From contig BFEA01000006.1 in the NCBI GenBank assembly GCA_003427395.1, forward strand, positions 2,419,337-2,483,336: DNA of 64,000 bases. Direction: 5' to 3'. The translations under genes and the position numbers were made by a program. Source of the DNA: Chara braunii (lineage: Eukaryota > Plantae > Charophyceae). Shown piece after piece: positions 37,430-50,649 of this stretch (position 1 is the stretch's first letter; each line of letters begins with the position of its first letter). The notes under the pieces were generated by a model that did no database searches, was not told the origin of the DNA, and saw only the letters and a program-made list of their open reading frames with translations.

Positions 37430-37912
37430 AATCCCATGCCAAAAATAGCACGGGAATGTGCTAATTTTAGCACGGGACTGAGACAGGCCCAATCCCAGTC
37501 CCAAGTAGTCGACGAGTCAGTCCCATGCGAAAAATAGCACGGGACTGTGCTAATTTTAACGCAGGACTGGGACAGGCCCAGTCCCAAGTAGTCGAACAGT
37601 CAGTCTCGTGCCAAAAATAGCACGAGATTGTGCTAATTTTAGTACGGGACTGGGACAGGTCCAGTCCCAAATAGTCGAACAGTCAGTCGCGTGCCAAAAA
37701 TAGCATGGGAATGTGGTAACTTTAGCACGGGACCATGACAAGCCCAGTCCCAAGTTGTCGAACAATCAGTCTTGTGCCAAAAATAGCAAGAGACTGTGCT
37801 AATTTTAGCACGGGACTGGGACATGGTCAGTCCCAAGTAGTCGAACAGTAAGTCCCGTGCCAAAAATAGCATGCGATTGTACTAATTTTAGCAGGGGACT
37901 GGGACAGGCCCG
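37430..37912. repeat. 83-bp minisatellite, about 6 copies, each with two internal hairpins
   Basis: AAAAATAGCA at 37441, 37530, 37613, 37696, 37779 and 37862. Confidence 0.9.
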
Positions 37913-38545
37913 ATCCTGAAATATGAAGGGTTGGTCCCATGCTAAAAAATAACTCAAGGCCCCTTTTAATTATTACAAGGGTGTAGTTATTCTTTTACCT
38001 GGCCGTTTGGGGCTGTTCCTTTTCCGACCTGGCTATGCGGTCGCATCGGTCCGGTCCCACATGGTCAAACTTAATTTTCTCACTAACCTAAGGTACGATC
38101 AGGCCCCCATTAATTCAGCCCTTGTGGTCACGACGGTCCAGCCCAAACGGACGATCAAGTCACCTGCGGGTTATACCGCTGCACTGTTTTTTCCGTAGTT
38201 TCCGTGTCGGGAATTAACTGACGCGTTAGCTCCCGGCTGACTCTAACCGATGGTGGTTTTTGGTGCAGATTTGGCATGACATGGAGGCTGACCACGTTGA
38301 GTCAACTTCCGATGACGCGGCGCGTCGGCTTCCGAAAACCATACCGAACCCTATTCCTGGCGTCCTCGCTAGGACTTTGCTGCGATAAGAACTGATGACT
38401 CCGTCATCTATCATTTACGTTGAGTTCCCTAACTCGGGTATGTAGCGTTATCGTGCTTTCGCGACTACCGTTGTCATCGTTGTTCCCGGCCTACTTGCAT
38501 TCTCTCTGCACTTGCACCAGTTTCGCTTAGTAGTCCGCTTTCACT

Positions 38546-39064
38546 ATGCCACCGAAGATGCACGGTTCGGGTGTTGGACGAGGGAGAGGTGGTCGTCAGG
38601 GGAAGGCAGCCAATCGGCCAATAGACCTCACGTACGAAAGGGAGACGGCAGAGGAGGAAGAGGAAGAGGAGGAGGAGAGATCAGAAGGGGTGCGGACCGT
38701 ATGGGTGCGTCGTCGCCTAGAGGACTGGCACGAGCACAAGCCATCACCGGGGAGGATGGCATACTATTCCTACAAGTACGAGCAGCACTATGGTGCTCCG
38801 CCCCCTCGCTTTGACCCTCCTTCGAGTTCACACCCTTCACCATATCGCTCTTCTTCCTCCGCTCAGCCTCACCCTCGCCAACTCACCATCCTTCTGCAGT
38901 CGCCTCGCCCTGCGCCTCTGCCGCCACGCGTGCCAGATCCACCCGCTGCCCATCAAGCCACGCCATCCGACCACCGCCTGTGCATCTCAGTTGTGCTCTT
39001 TTTCATATGCCAAGTCGAACTATGCAGGCTCATAGGTTACTTAATATACAGAGGCGTCATATAA
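38546..39064 (+). CDS. Gypsy antisense accessory ORF, 172 aa, homologue of 4307-4819
   Basis: Intact ATG-to-TAA frame with the same motif order and nearly the same length as the first copy. Confidence 0.75.
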   Translation: MPPKMHGSGVGRGRGGRQGKAANRPIDLTYERETAEEEEEEEEERSEGVRTVWVRRRLEDWHEHKPSPGRMAYYSYKYEQHYGAPPPRFDPPSSSHPSPYRSSSSAQPHPRQLTILLQSPRPAPLPPRVPDPPAAHQATPSDHRLCISVVLFFICQVELCRLIGYLIYRGVI

Positions 39065-40289
39065 AATAAACGTCCATTCATTAGGGTGCTTGCCCGTAAG
39101 GGCTTGAGTACTTACTCAATAAGGCATGGACCTCAGGTCCAAGCCACCATCAAACTCAAGAAGCATCAGTCTAGTCAGTCCTGCGTTGCAAGACTACCGC
39201 GGGTAAGTACCATCTCACAGATAGTCCAGTTCATATCAACTCAAGTGGTCTGATCATAATGTCAGTCCTATTTTGCGCATCATCCAATCAATCCCAATCA
39301 TCTGACTAGACCCCTCATAATGTTAAGTCCAGTAATCCATATACTAGCCCAACACAGGCAACTCGTCCACAGAGTCCCTCTGCTCTCAGCGCATCATCAT
39401 CAATCAGCATAGTCATCATCAACCTCTCAGGCCTAGCTAGGTCATCGGTGGATATGGGACCAACCGTCGAATTCAGGACCATCTGGCCTTGATCTGGGTC
39501 ATCTTGGCCAAAGGTTGTCTCATAAGGGGGGAACAATGGAACATACCAAACCCCTTTCTCTTTGTCTGCCGACTTTGCGTCAATCATTGTCAGGTCATAC
39601 CAAACCTCGTTGTCTTCATGTGGTTGTAGGGTACCTGCAAAACAGAGGTCAAGTCGTGCAATAAAAAAAGACGAGAAGAGGCTCTCCCCTAAAGACCCTT
39701 GCCAACACCCCTTCCTCACTCACCCTCATGGTCTTACCCCTCGGCGTTCTAAGAGTGTTCCTGCTTACCCTGGTGGGCTTCCCCGCTGGCCCAACCCCGC
39801 AAGCAGAACAAAGTCAGCCCTGATTCCCAGTCAGCCCTTGCTCAGAAAAGCTAACGAGGAGCCGCACACCCCTTCGTGAAGCCCTCACTTCTATGAGTGT
39901 CGACCCATCGTTCGGATGCTCATTAGTCGATATCAGAGCTCCATTTGCTCGCTTGACTTCTTCCGACCACCCGACTCTTGCTATATGTGCAGGGAGCTAG
40001 CCAACACCTAACGAGACCGTACTGGTGATTCAGAAGAGTCCACAATTTAAGCTTAATGACAGTGGACTAGGAGGCCGTAATCCCCACGGCTCTCTCGTCG
40101 GCTGGGCAATGGATACCTTGCTTGCCCCGGCGCCAAGGGAATATTCCTAGAGACATGGCTCCCGAGAAATATCCTAAATCAGAGTGCTAGTAGGAATTTA
40201 TCGCCTTGATCAACCAATTGTTGGATTTTGACTGAGAGAAGCTCAGGATGCCTCCTTCCTTTCCGGCACTAAGGCCGAAGGGCCGCCGC

Positions 40290-40460
40290 CTGGCGGCGCC
40301 TATGGTCGCCTCTTCAATCTCTCCGTGTGGCATATGAAAAAAAACTTGTAGTCCAGAGCGGATTAGTTTAAGAATCCGTTTATCTCGGATTGTTCGCCGG
40401 ATGATCTTATACAGAGTTCCATGATTTACGGCTCCAGGGCCTACGTCCCGGTCTGAAGCC
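40290..40460 (-). pseudogene. Group II intron maturase/RT fragment
   Basis: VNHGTLYKIIRRTIRDKRILKLIRSGL...GEIEEATIG fits the .NH..L...I...I.D.RIL.LI...L pattern between RT subdomains 3 and 4. Confidence 0.65.
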
Positions 40461-40658
40461 ATGTGAATAAGTGGAAAAGCGGGGTTCATAAATAGGTTCT
40501 AACATCATTCTATAAGTAAGTACATATTTCAAATCTTTTTTTTTTATTGACGATCATGATAGTTGGTTTCATAGAAACTCTTGAAAATCAATCATCAAAC
40601 ACATAGATGGGCGTCCCGCCATGTTTTGCATGATTGAGTCTGTTTAGTTTGAAATCAA

Positions 40659-40738
40659 GCTCACTTGGTGAAAATGGTAAACACGACAGACTTAAAATCT
40701 GTTCCTACGGGTTATCCGTTCAAGTCCGATAGTGAGCA
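40659..40738 (+). tRNA. trnL: tRNA-Leu(UAA), organellar type, probably a non-functional nuclear copy
   Basis: Acceptor stem GCTCACT/AGTGAGC; anticodon stem ACAGA/TCTGT with loop CT-TAA-AA; long variable arm; TTCAAGT T-loop with one T-stem mismatch; no intron. Confidence 0.85.
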
Positions 40739-40739
40739 T

Positions 40740-40816
40740 ATTCGCTTGGTGAAAATGGTAAACACGACAGACTAAAACACTTTGTTGGTTCGAGCGAGTC
40801 GGGACCACGACGAATA
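40740..40816 (+). pseudogene. Degenerate second tRNA-Leu-like sequence
   Basis: Repeats CTTGGTGAAAATGGTAAACACGACAGACT; the anticodon arm and T arm are disrupted. Confidence 0.55.
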
Positions 40817-42811
40817 TAACTTAATAGGTCAAAGTGTCAGATTGTGACGTGGTGACCTGGGAACAGCTAACCACCTGAGGGTTTGAAGTTGTCGGCCACG
40901 GTGGCTCGGACGCTCCGTCAACCCAGCTAGCCTCGGAACATCTGAAATCTTGCTTCCGAAAATCATCTCTTGCGCAAGACGCACAACTGAAACTCCCTGC
41001 CCCTTCACGATGGTTCTGAGAGCTGACACCAAAGTGGACGCCACTGATGTTAGACCCTCGCCAGTGAACCGTTGCGAGAATCCGACAGCTGTAGTTGGAA
41101 CACCCCAACCATTGCGAAGAATGCAGTAAACTCCAATCTGTTGCGATGCTTGGAAATCTTCGTTTCGACCTCAACGGGTCCAACAGATCACCCCATTGAT
41201 TCTGGCACCTGACTGACTACCTATCCCTTTAGAGTCTGGTAGTCAGGGTTGTCGAGCCCCAGGACCCGGGCCCCGCCGGGGGTCGGGGGATCCGGGGTTC
41301 CGGGGGTGGGCAACCCCAACCCCGGCNNNNNNNNNNNNNNNNNNNNNNNNNNNNNNNNNNNNNNNNNNNNNNNNNNNNNNNNNNNNNNNNNNNNNNNNNN
41401 NNNNNNNNNNNNNNNNNNNNNNNNNNNNNNNNNNNNNNNNNNNNNNNNNNNNNNNNNNNNNNNNNNNNNNNNNNNNNNNNNNNNNNNNNNNNNNNNNNNN
41501 NNNNNNNNNNNNNNNNNNNNNNNNNNNNNNNNNNNNNNNNNNNNNNNNNNNNNNNNNNNNNNNNNNNNNNNNNNNNNNNNNNNNNNNNNNNNNNNNNNNN
41601 NNNNNNNNNNNNNNNNNNNNNNNNNNNNNNNNNNNNNNNNNNNNNNNNNNNNNNNNNNNNNNNNNNNNNNNNNNNNNNNNNNNNNNNNNNNNNNNNNNNN
41701 NNNNNNNNNNNNNNNNNNNNNNNNNNNNNNNNNNNNNNNNNNNNNNNNNNNNNNNNNNNNNNNNNNNNNNNNNNNNNNNNNNNNNNNNNNNNNNNNNNNN
41801 NNNNNNNNNNNNNNNNNNNNNNNNNNNNNNNNNNNNNNNNNNNNNNNNNNNNNNNNNNNNNNNNNNNNNNNNNNNNNNNNNNNNNNNNNNNNNNNNNNNN
41901 NNNNNNNNNNNNNNNNNNNNNNNNNNNNNNNNNNNNNNNNNNNNNNNNNNNNNNNNNNNNNNNNNNNNNNNNNNNNNNNNNNNNNNNNNNNNNNNNNNNN
42001 NNNNNNNNNNNNNNNNNNNNNNNNNNNNNNNNNNNNNNNNNNNNNNNNNNNNNNNNNNNNNNNNNNNNNNNNNNNNNNNNNNNNNNNNNNNNNNNNNNNN
42101 NNNNNNNNNNNNNNNNNNNNNNNNNNNNNNNNNNNNNNNNNNNNNNNNNNNNNNNNNNNNNNNNNNNNNNNNNNNNNNNNNNNNNNNNNNNNNNNNNNNN
42201 NNNNNNNNNNNNNNNNNNNNNNNNNNNNNNNNNNNNNNNNNNNNNNNNNNNNNNNNNNNNNNNNNNNNNNNNNNNNNNNNNNNNNNNNNNNNNNNNNNNN
42301 NNNNNNNCTCGCGGCGGGGGTCCGGGGCTGAAACCCCTACCCCGACTTGGGCCCCGGGGATCCCCGTGTGACAACGCTGCAGTGGTAGTGCCCCATTATC
42401 AAGGCCAATTTGGCGAGGAAGAAAAACATATTTTTACTTTATCTCACGACCAATCATTCCACCTACCAAAGGCAAGAACTGAAATCCCATAAACTGGTTC
42501 TCAATCCCCCAAGCATATCCCCAACACTCAATACATGATAAGCCAGATACAATGCAAGTAACTAAAATTTAAAATTTAATTCACAGTCACAACAAAACAG
42601 GGGTCAATCTAGGTCCGGTAGATACACGAGTCTACCACTGAATGCTGGTCAATAAATCTCTGGGACCACCTGGGTCCAGTAGACAACTTGAGTCTACCCC
42701 TAAGAGTCGAGTCATCATAGGCTACTCGTATCCAGCTCCAGCCTACGAAATCATTGCACAGTCGTCCGTAAGTTTGTCAAGTCGACTTTCAGCTGCAATT
42801 CGCGGATCACG

Positions 42812-43090
42812 GGGCACGTTCCAACACATCCGCATCATCCATAGCTGGCGGCACACGGGCGACGTCCCAACACATAATCATCATCTATAGTCAGCGACAC
42901 ACAAGCCACGTCCCAACATATGATCATCATCCATAGCTAGCGGAACACGAGTCACGTTCTAACACATAATCATCATTCATAGTTGGCGGCACACATGCCA
43001 CGTCCCATAAGCATTATAATCCCGAGGTCGGCGGCACACGGGTCACGTCCCAACCTATGTCGGGGGCACACGGGTCATGACCCAACATGT
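42812..43090. repeat. 46-bp tandem repeat just 3' of integrase
   Basis: ATAG.T.GCG..ACAC...CACGT.C.AACA units near 42841, 42887, 42933 and 42979, then truncated units. Confidence 0.85.
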
Positions 43091-43269
43091 CCAAGTCAGA
43101 GTTGAACGGCTCACAGGCCTCGCTCCAACATCCTGTCCGAACTCAGAATCAAGTCCGTATCTCTGAGTATAAATTTTCAGAGTCGGGAGACGGATGCTAT
43201 ACCGTAGGATTTTCTGCCATCAATCTCAGCCAGCTCATAAGCCTTGCCTTCGACTTTCATCATGATCTT

Positions 43270-44270
43270 GAATAGTCTCATCCACCTAACTTCCAATCTC
43301 TTGGTCCACTATGTCTCGAGAGATGTATCATGCAGAAGTACAATATCCCCGACTTCAAGTCATTCATTTTTGATGTACCTCTTGTTGTTCCACCGTGTCT
43401 GATCAAATAACCCGTTGTCTGGCATCCTCTTTGTGGCCTCAATTATAGCTTCATCCACTTCCTTAATCTGTCTGATCGTCAATCTCAGCAACTCCTCTGT
43501 GAAGTATGACTCACTCTGCGTCTCATGGGTTCATGTCTCGATTAGGTTTTCAATGGCAGAAGCAGTATACCAACTGTACCAGAGTGTGATAGGTCTAGAA
43601 CCCATAGTCCGTTTGATACTCACATTGCCTATATAGACAACCACTCTGAAGAAATATGGTCAGTTCTTAGAGTCACATTGGCATCATTTCGATATCTCAT
43701 CCTTTATTGTTTTGTGACCTTTTTCAACTGATGCGTTAGCCTAAGGATGATATGGCGTCACAAATCTGATTCTGACCCCAAATCTGAACATAAGTTTTCT
43801 GACCATCTTATTCTTGAACTCTAATCCTTGATCAACCACGAACTCACGTATGAAGTGGTATTTTAAGTAAATTTCCTCGATCCAATTTGCTACTACCTTT
43901 GAAGTTTTCTTACGGATGGTCTTAGTTTCAAGATAACCAGACATGTTATCTCTCATATTCAATATATATTTCATTTCATCCTTATCAGACAACATAGTAA
44001 TTAGATCAAGGTAAACAGTACTACCAGGCACAACAAGAACAGTGGGGTATAATGGTTCAATCAATCTCCTAGATGACCTTTCCAGCCAGGCTTCACAAGA
44101 CTTACAGTATCGCATAACCATATCTATGAGATCATTCCAGTATTCTAGTCTAGACACTTTATAGTGCATCACATCAACACCCCTATAACCCTTGCCAGAC
44201 TTTCATGCATCTCAACGATCACCTCTAATTGCCTTTCCTTACCTCACACCACTCTCAGCGATGGTAGTCC
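43270..44270 (-). pseudogene. Gypsy integrase remnant
   Basis: YLDLITM, YILNMRDNMSGYLE, FIREFVVDQG and GVRIRFVTPYHP align with the element-1 integrase (7057-7881). Confidence 0.9.
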
Positions 44271-44619
44271 TTCCTTAGCATCCAAAAAAAGGTGAACCCG
44301 TAGTCTAAAAGTCTTTTTTTTCCTCTCATGGTAGAACTCGTCAAACTGATTATTGCTCATTACCACACCAATCCTCTTATTTTCTCCATCATATTTTTTT
44401 TTCCTTCAATGTCCTCACTTTGCTCCAGGTCATCCAACCCATCTCAAATTTCATCCAACCGACGTCCAACCGTCCCTGAACTCTCAACTAGCTCGCGGGC
44501 AGGGACAACGACTCGTTCTGCCATCTCATACCACCCTTCCTCCTCATCCTCTTGGGCCACAGGTAATAAAGGTAGGGATCTTTCTTTCCTCCCCAGCAGT
44601 CCTCTCTACCTGTTTCCAT

Positions 44620-47600
44620 GGCTAAGGCCGAAACTAAAAAGCGAAATACGGCCCCCTCACCGATGAATTCTGCGATAAAACATATTTGGAACTGTTCCCT
44701 ATGCTGGACACAAGCGCCTCCCTAAAGACTGTACTGGAAAAGGGACTGCAACCCGGGGTGAGGTGGACGGAAGCATGGCACAGACCGACAACAATAATTT
44801 TTACACGATTCCTGCCACCACCAACATCAGCACAAGCAGCAGCAACAACAGACACAGGACAGGAGGGAGTCAAGGCTGAGACAAGGAAAAAACATGAAAC
44901 CCAACACCCGGCTCCACCGCCACGCCCGGACCCCCCGAACCCGGATGAGAGCGCACCATTAGATCTGCTGTGGAAAAGAAGACTCAAACAACTGGCTGAG
45001 ATGGGGCGTGGCGCCGGCCCGCTGTCGCAAAATGCTATGCTGCTTATCCCAATGCGAAAGAAAAACGAGAAAGGGAGGTGGGCTTGCTCCCAGAAGAGAA
45101 TGGCAAACGGGGGCCGTCACGCTCCAAAGTTGGTCGTCCTTTTGGGCGGAGCCACAAAACAGCCAATCTGATGCGGCGACAAAAATTCTGCAAATGAAAC
45201 TGGAATCTCACATTGCTGAATTTCTGCCGCCAGGAGCACAAGCCATGGCCACGATCTCAAACAGCCCCACACGCATAGCACAGAGGAATGTCTATATACG
45301 CTACGACCCGACCAAGGAGGCGGGCATGAGCTGGCATACCCGCGCCCAAATGTGAAATCTACCAATAGTCAAGATTGGACACAACGACACCTGGACCGAA
45401 CAAGATGTCCAGAGATGTCTACGTGCTCTCCTTAGACAGGGCCAGGACTGGGATTGGGACCAGCTGCCGTGTTCCCGCCTGTATGAAAGAATTAAAGGGG
45501 TATCATGAATAATGCAAGCAAGATTGACCCGGTCAGGGCCGTGTATAGGAAAGATCGCATCTGAAACCAATGCAGGAGAGCGGCTGATCTGGACCTGCGC
45601 TTGTTGAATGTGAACGACCTCGCCTCCTGTAAACCAGATAAACAAAACGCAATCTGGGACTTGATGAAAGGAAAGGGGGGACGAGACTGACCAGGTATAG
45701 TCTGCGTCCAGGAAACACACCTAATGGACACCCCAGAGCACAATCGCGCTCACAAAATGATCTGGTCATACCGTGCCTTCAGGGTCCATGCCCCGAAACC
45801 TGGAAGTGTCGGGGTGGCCATCTGGATCCCCCCGGAGTCCCGGGCAGACCCGGTTCACTGGGTGACGGACCAAGAGGAAGGCAGGTGGGTATCTATCCTG
45901 GTTACGTTGGAAATCGAAATTGTATGTATAGTGTGTATCTACGCCCCTAACACAGTAAACGAAAGAAGACTCTTCTTTGAAAATATCAAAGCACAAATAT
46001 CGGAAGGGGTCCCGGTCATTATAGCAGGAGACTCCAACGCAGCCCCGGATCGATGGATGGACAGATGGCGGACCCCCTCCCCGGCCCCGGTGTACGTGGA
46101 GGAGGATGAGCGGATGATCAATGATTTATGCCTCTCACTGAAACTTTTTGACTCCTTCCGGAAATTGAATCCAGATACAAGACTTTACTCATATTTAAGG
46201 AAGACCGGAACTGAAAGCCAGTCAAGATCCACTCGGGCCTTGATCACAAAATGTGTACGGTCACTCTATCCTTTCGAAAGAAACCCGATTGGGGACCGGG
46301 CTTCTACAAACTCAACACCTATATTTTGCAACAGCAAACCTTTTACAGCTACATTGCGGACTGCTGGAACTACTGGCACATGCAAAAACAGCACTTCCAA
46401 CAGACAACAGACTGGTTCAATAACAGCCTGTTTTACCTGCGTAAGAAATGCCAAGAATGTTCTAAACTACTGGCAGTCAAAAAACATCAACAGGAGATGG
46501 AGTTACATCAACAACTGCAACAACTTGAGCAACAGGACCAGCCTAGCAACACCCAAAATCTACCATCCGAAGTATACTAAACAATGCAGACACTGAGACA
46601 GCGACTCCAGACCTTTGCCACACAACGTTGGGAAGGAGCACGAATAAGAGGACGAATGTCAAAGTACCACACAGAAGGAACAATGGATAAAAGATTCTTT
46701 AGCATGGCTCGTGCACGCTCGCACAGAACAACCATCGAAGCGCTATATAACCCACAAACTGGACACCAAGATATCATCACCTCTACCCCCCATTGCGCAC
46801 AAATAGCAAGATCCTTTTTCCAAGACCTATTCACCTCGAGGTGCGCCCGACAGGAGAGGAATGCTAGGGAGAAAGAAATTGGGGAGTTCTTGGTACCACT
46901 GGAGAAGACCGTGATGGGCCAGCAAAAAATGGATCTGGATTGTCCTCTGTCCAAGGAGGAGATATGGACGGCGATGTTGCAGATGGAAGAAGAGAAGACG
47001 TCGGGCATTGATGGGTTTCCAAAGGAATTCTGGGAGACCTTCTGGGCTCAGATGGCCCCGGACCTGATGGAGTTCTATCAGGAGGTATGGGAAACAGGGA
47101 GCATGGGGGAGCTGGTGGGTCAGGGAGTTCTCACTTTGTTACACAAAAAGGGAGACAAGATGGACATTCGAAACTACAAACCTATAACTTTGCTCACAGT
47201 CGTCTACAAAATGTTAGCAAAGGCCCTGGGAAATCGGTTGTTCCCGGTCTTGGAAGACATTATCCATCCAACGCAAACCGGGTTCATCAAAGGGCTCAGG
47301 ATCCACAATAACATACTATTAGTTAATGAACTACTCAAGTTGACAAGACAGGACAAACAGAGTGTAGCCGTGGTCTTCATAGACTTTGAAAAAGCCTATG
47401 ACCACGTGGACTGGCTATTCCTAGACAAATGTATGGAGAAAATGAACATAGGGCCATTTTTTCCGCGTTGGACCACAATATTGCTCCAAAATGCAACCAC
47501 GAGTGTTCAAGTCAACGGAAGGATCGCGCCACCCTTCCCACTGCAGCAGTTGGTCCGCCAAGGGGACCCCCTGACACCCTTCCTGTTTATAATAGTGATG

Positions 47601-50115
47601 GAGGCATTGGCAGCGAACCTCCGAGCTAACAAAGATCTTAGGAAATTGCAGATCTCTGCCATCCCAGAAAAAGCAATCCCGATTTGTTCAATGTTTGCGG
47701 ACGATCTGACACTCATGGTCGATGCAACTGCAGCAAACATGGAAGAGATCAGGCGATTGTTTGAACGGTTTACAACGGTCTCAGACATGACAGTCAATTG
47801 GGGTAATAAAACCCTGGGATGGTGGATCCACCATCAAGGAGTGCGCCCCCCTGAACTCCCGCGGGTCAAGTGGCTCCCAGAGATGGCCCCGGTCAGGGTG
47901 TTGGGGATCATGCTAACAACACTAGGCAAGCCCACAGCGAACGACGAGTGGATTCTCAAGCCCGCTCTGGAAAAGCTAGCCCACTGGAACGACCGTCACA
48001 CCTCTCTTATTGGTAGGGCGCTGGTCAACATTCTGATACTGGGTGGCTTGGCTCTCGGTGATTCAACCTAAAGACAAAAGGGGCCTCGGGATCTTAGACC
48101 CGGATACCCAGATCAAGGCATTAACAATCCAATGGATCCGGCGATTGCTCTTCACTCAACACCTCCCTTGGCAGGCCCTCGCTTTGGAACAAATAGCGAG
48201 GCTTGCCCCACAGGCTCCACAGGCTCCACAAGGAGTTAACCCACTAACCTGGTTGGAAGACCTCCACTGGACAATACCACGGTCCCGTCGAAATGCACAA
48301 GCCCCCGGTCAAGGCACAACCCACGCAGATCTGATCAGGGACGACTTCTGGCCTCGAGTACTGCATGCCTGGCGACAATTCCCGTTACCCGACAAAGTCC
48401 CACCAACCAGGTGGGAAGAGGTGGTACGCCAACCCCTTTTCGGTAACAGACGGATCACGGATCGGAACAGCAGAGTGTACTGCAGTACAAGCACCCCGTG
48501 GAATGGCTGGGTTAAAAAAGGTGTAATCAGAATAAAAGACATATGGGACACACAAATGGGGGACTTGAAATCCGCGCAGCAACTAAGGACTACGCTAAAG
48601 TATTGTCACAAAGCGGAAGAACACATCGAAACCCTTGGTTTTGCCATCCCCCTGGACTGCATCCGCATCTTGCGCAAAGGGCCGCGGTTGGCAGAAGGGG
48701 ACTGGGTAGCCGCCCTAGGCGACCCGGAGAGTGTAGGCAATGTGATAGCAGTGCGTATGGACGAAGCCTTCACCATCCTCTTCCACATTGGTAAAAACAT
48801 TGTTCTCACCCGATACACCCCAGAAGTGGTAAGATGGTGGAGAAACTCCGACCTGCATAGGATCCGGGTGCTACAGGACAAAGATGTGTGGATCGCATAT
48901 CAGCCAAACACCCCCGTGGCCGAGCTCCCTTTTGATCCCGAAGAGTGGCAGTGGTCCCCCCCGCGAAAACGCAGGACTGGGGAGACTATGAAGCTGCATA
49001 CCTTAACAGTAAAGGCCACCTACCGGCTGCTGCGCCCAAAAGTGAATATAAAAGAAAGGGTAAAAGACTGCTGGATGTCTGACCTGAACGTAGGAAAGGA
49101 AGCCCTCCGCCCAATCCGATGGTTCTCCACCTCTAGGTCCAAACCAGCAAAGACGGCTTCGCTACAATGGCAGATAGAACACCGTTGCCTGCCCACCAAT
49201 GATTGGCTGATAGACCGTACATATCTAGAGCAAAGGGGACGGGTGCTACCATGGTGTAAGTCATGCCACACCGCCTTCCCCTCCCGCAGAATCCCGGAGA
49301 CCATAGAACATATATACATGCAGTGCCCAGGAGCTGTACTTACATGGCGGTGGTGGGATAGGATCTGGACGCGGTTAGCCACAGGCTCCAACTGGCCATG
49401 AGACTGGAGAGCCATATTATGCGAAACATGGTCCTCCACCACAGACAACACCTTTGAAAACAACATGTTTAAGCTAGGGAGGAGAGCAGTCATGTAGGCC
49501 CTCTGGAGAAAACGCTGCATCCTTGCAATAGAGGGGGTCCGCATCGCTGGGGAGGAAGTAACAGACATGATAAAACAGTTCATCCAACAAGAACTCAGGG
49601 TGCAGTGGCAAAAAGTCAAAAACCAGCTTGTTCTATTTCAGACACCCAAAGACATAAAACAAGCAATTCAGCGATTTTCGGGGGACTGGTTGGGCAGTGA
49701 GAAAGGGGGCTGGATCGCCTTCGTCCGATGGGACGGTGCACCCACTCAGGAAGGCAACCAAGACGAGTTCAGGCGAGACTATCTTATCTGTTTCAAAGAC
49801 TGGACTACGGTGGGACAGGAGATCCCGCTCCGACCCATTCCCGCCCCACCAGCTGGCAATGGTCTACATGCAATGGTATGGTGCAGGGTGACCGAGGCCC
49901 CGGACAACAACATAAGGAAGGCATTGGCGGAAGTAGCCGCTAGGGAAACAGGGACTTCTGGCGGTCTGAGGCAGACTGAAGAGGCGGTGGTCTGATGCCA
50001 ATTGAATAAGCAATGGTACGAAGAACTGTCAAATTGATGAACATACGGAGCGCCTCGGTCCAAACCATCCACAGAGTTGGCAGATACAGTCAGAAGATAG
50101 GGGGAGAGGGGAACT
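44620..50115 (+). mobile_element. APE-type LINE (L1/Tx1-like), decayed; 3' end falls in a gap
   Basis: EN: VCVQETH, CIYAPN, IAGDSN. RT (46584-48071): SGIDGFP, NYKPITLL, HPTQTGF, DFEKAYD, VRQGDPL, MFADD. C-terminal CKSC...ETIEHIYMQC. Confidence 0.92.
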
Positions 50116-50649
50116 NNNNNNNNNNNNNNNNNNNNNNNNNNNNNNNNNNNNNNNNNNNNNNNNNNNNNNNNNNNNNNNNNNNNNNNNNNNNNNNNNNNNN
50201 NNNNNNNNNNNNNNNNNNNNNNNNNNNNNNNNNNNNNNNNNNNNNNNNNNNNNNNNNNNNNNNNNNNNNNNNNNNNNNNNNNNNNNNNNNNNNNNNNNNN
50301 NNNNNNNNNNNNNNNNNNNNNNNNNNNNNNNNNNNNNNNNNNNNNNNNNNNNNNNNNNNNNNNNNNNNNNNNNNNNNNNNNNNNNNNNNNNNNNNNNNNN
50401 NNNNNNNNNNNNNNNNNNNNNNNNNNNNNNNNNNNNNNNNNNNNNNNNNNNNNNNNNNNNNNNNNNNNNNNNNNNNNNNNNNNNNNNNNNNNNNNNNNNN
50501 NNNNNNNNNNNNNNNNNNNNNNNNNNNNNNNNNNNNNNNNNNNNNNNNNNNNNNNNNNNNNNNNNNNNNNNNNNNNNNNNNNNNNNNNAGGAGGGAAGCC
50601 CCCATCGTCGTCTTCCATAAAAAATTTGTCGACGAAGGGCGCTTCCTCT

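Larger units (their letters stand above)
40190..40820. other. Organelle-derived insert, probably mitochondrial (NUMT)
   Basis: Group II intron maturase-like fragment next to an intron-less organellar-type tRNA-Leu(UAA) and a second degenerate tRNA, separated by an AT-rich spacer. Confidence 0.65.
38000..44600 (-). mobile_element. Remnant of a second, diverged Gypsy element (integrase plus long 3' region); boundaries approximate, spans a gap
   Basis: Integrase remnant, 3' tandem repeats, ATACCAAACC motifs and antisense ORF in an arrangement similar to element 1. Confidence 0.6.

Noticed and set aside
39315-39719. 134-aa minus-strand ORF sharing VWY motifs with 5025-5228
   Set aside because: The shared residues come from the GTTTGGTAT DNA motif, which in element 1 falls in different frames, so the conservation looks nucleotide-level.
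41255-42370. GC-rich CCCGGG-laden flanks around a gap
   Set aside because: Short contig-edge sequence of doubtful quality; nothing can be supported.
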